Translations under genes and position numbers: made by a program
Assembly (NCBI GenBank): GCA_963668695.2
Contig: CAXXLQ010000004.1
Span: 672,001-736,000, forward strand
DNA: 64,000 bases
From: Vicinamibacteria bacterium
GTDB taxonomy: Bacteria > Acidobacteriota > Vicinamibacteria > Marinacidobacterales > Marinacidobacteraceae
Direction: 5' to 3'
Notes under the pieces: model-generated
Seen by the model: only the letters and a program-made list of their open reading frames with translations
The model's database searches: none
Told to the model about the DNA's origin: nothing
In this document: piece by piece, positions 62,929 to 64,000 of the stretch
Layout of the letters: every line of letters begins with the position of its first letter
How positions within the stretch are numbered: position 1 is the first letter of the stretch

Positions 62929-64000
62929 TCGGTCTCGCGGCGCTGGTGGGGTTCACCGCCGCCGCCGCGGTCGGACAGGAACGGGAACCCGGGGAATGGC
63001 CGCACTACGCGGCGGACCTGTCCTCGACCCGCTACTCGCCACTCGACCAGATCCACGCCGGCAACGTGGACCAACTGGAGATCGTCTGGCGCTGGACTTC
63101 GCGCAACTTCGGGCCGCGGCCCGATCTCAACCTGCGCGCCACCCCGCTGATGCTGGACGGAGTGGTCTATGTCACCGCCGGGGCGCGGCGGGCGGCGGTG
63201 GCGATTGACGCCGCCACCGGGGAAACGCTCTGGACCTATCGTCTCGACGAGGGGAAGCGGGGAGAGTCGGCGCCCCGCGCCACTTCGGGACGCGGGGTGG
63301 CGTTTTGGAGCGACGGGGAGACGGCTCGGGTGTTCCTGGTCACTCCCGCCTACCGGCTGGTTTCGCTCGACGCGGAGACCGGCAGGCTGATTCCGGGTTT
63401 TGGCCTCGACGGCATGGTGGATCTCCGCCGCAACCTGGGAAGGGAGGTGGACCTCGAGACCGCTGCCATCGGTTCCGGATCGCCGCCGACGGTGGTTGGG
63501 GACGTGGTCGTCGTCGGAGCGGCGCTGGTGAGCGGCGGGGCGCCGCCGTCGCCCGAGAACTCTCCTTCGCCGGTGCGGGGGTACGACGCCCGCTCGGGAG
63601 AGCTTCTGTGGACCTTCCACCCGATTCCCCGGGAGGGAGAGTTCGGGAACGACACCTGGGAGGACGACAGTTGGCGATTCACCGGGAACGGCGGCGTCTG
63701 GTCCTGGATGAGCGCCGACCCCGAACTCGGGCTCGTCTATCTGCCCACCGAGGCCGGCACCGGGGACTACTACGGCGGCCACCGCCCCGGCGACAACCTC
63801 TTCACCCAGAGCGTCGTCGCCCTCGACGTGGCCACCGGCGAGCGCCGCTGGCACTACCAGACCGTCCACCACGGGATTTGGGACTACGACCTCCCGACGG
63901 GGCCGGTGCTTCTCGATTTGACGGTGGATGGGCGGGAAATCCCGGCGCTCGCCCAGGTCACCAAGCAGGCGTTCACCTTCGTACTCGACCGCCGCACCGG
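62910..64000 (+). CDS. PQQ-dependent glucose/quinate-type dehydrogenase (3' end outside window)
   Basis: Manual translation from TTG 62910: MVLRRLIGLAALVGFTAAAAVGQ..EWPHYAADLSSTRYSPLDQI..NV..L...W; RPGDNLF; QTVHHGIWDYD. Confidence 0.88.
   Translation, partial: MVLRRLIGLAALVGFTAAAAVGQEREPGEWPHYAADLSSTRYSPLDQIHAGNVDQLEIVWRWTSRNFGPRPDLNLRATPLMLDGVVYVTAGARRAAVAIDAATGETLWTYRLDEGKRGESAPRATSGRGVAFWSDGETARVFLVTPAYRLVSLDAETGRLIPGFGLDGMVDLRRNLGREVDLETAAIGSGSPPTVVGDVVVVGAALVSGGAPPSPENSPSPVRGYDARSGELLWTFHPIPREGEFGNDTWEDDSWRFTGNGGVWSWMSADPELGLVYLPTEAGTGDYYGGHRPGDNLFTQSVVALDVATGERRWHYQTVHHGIWDYDLPTGPVLLDLTVDGREIPALAQVTKQAFTFVLDRRT

Overview
GC-rich bacterial chromosomal window, probably Acidobacteriota (inferred from a CxC...CxxC insert near the RpoB N-terminus and from gene order). 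Positions 1-51 kb are almost all minus-strand housekeeping genes. In transcription order these are: purH; TPR protein-lipoprotein-ispE-tRNA-Gln-prs-rplY-pth-rpsF-rpsR-rplI-dnaB-radA-ispDF-rlmB; tRNA-Thr/Tyr/Gly/Thr-tuf-rpmG-tRNA-Trp-secE-nusG-rplKAJL-rpoBC; rpsL-rpsG-fusA (no tufA); and the S10-spc-alpha cluster up to a truncated rpoA. Positions 51-64 kb hold selA, thiS-thiG, nth, a nucleoside deoxyribosyltransferase-like gene, an LLM oxidoreductase, a methyltransferase, an oxidoreductase-SelD fusion, dapF, a serine hydrolase and two PQQ-type dehydrogenases. No transposase, integrase, CRISPR array or rRNA gene was seen. The unexplained signal is non-coding. (1) A ~200-bp rod-like palindromic element occurs at 7 loci in about 10 copies. 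Its paired ends covary, with G.T wobbles confined to one strand. It sits at TA dinucleotides of stop codons and -10 boxes, nests in itself, and carries a 19-bp sub-module at variable positions. (2) A 33 x 12-bp array is read in frame into ribosomal protein bS6. (3) A 272-bp multi-hairpin tandem array follows purH. Also noted: ispE ends inside tRNA-Gln, tRNA-Gly has C55, there is no room for an L10 leader, and RpoB, RpoC and uL22 have substitutions at antibiotic-contact positions. All calls come from manual reading; no searches or folding programs were run.
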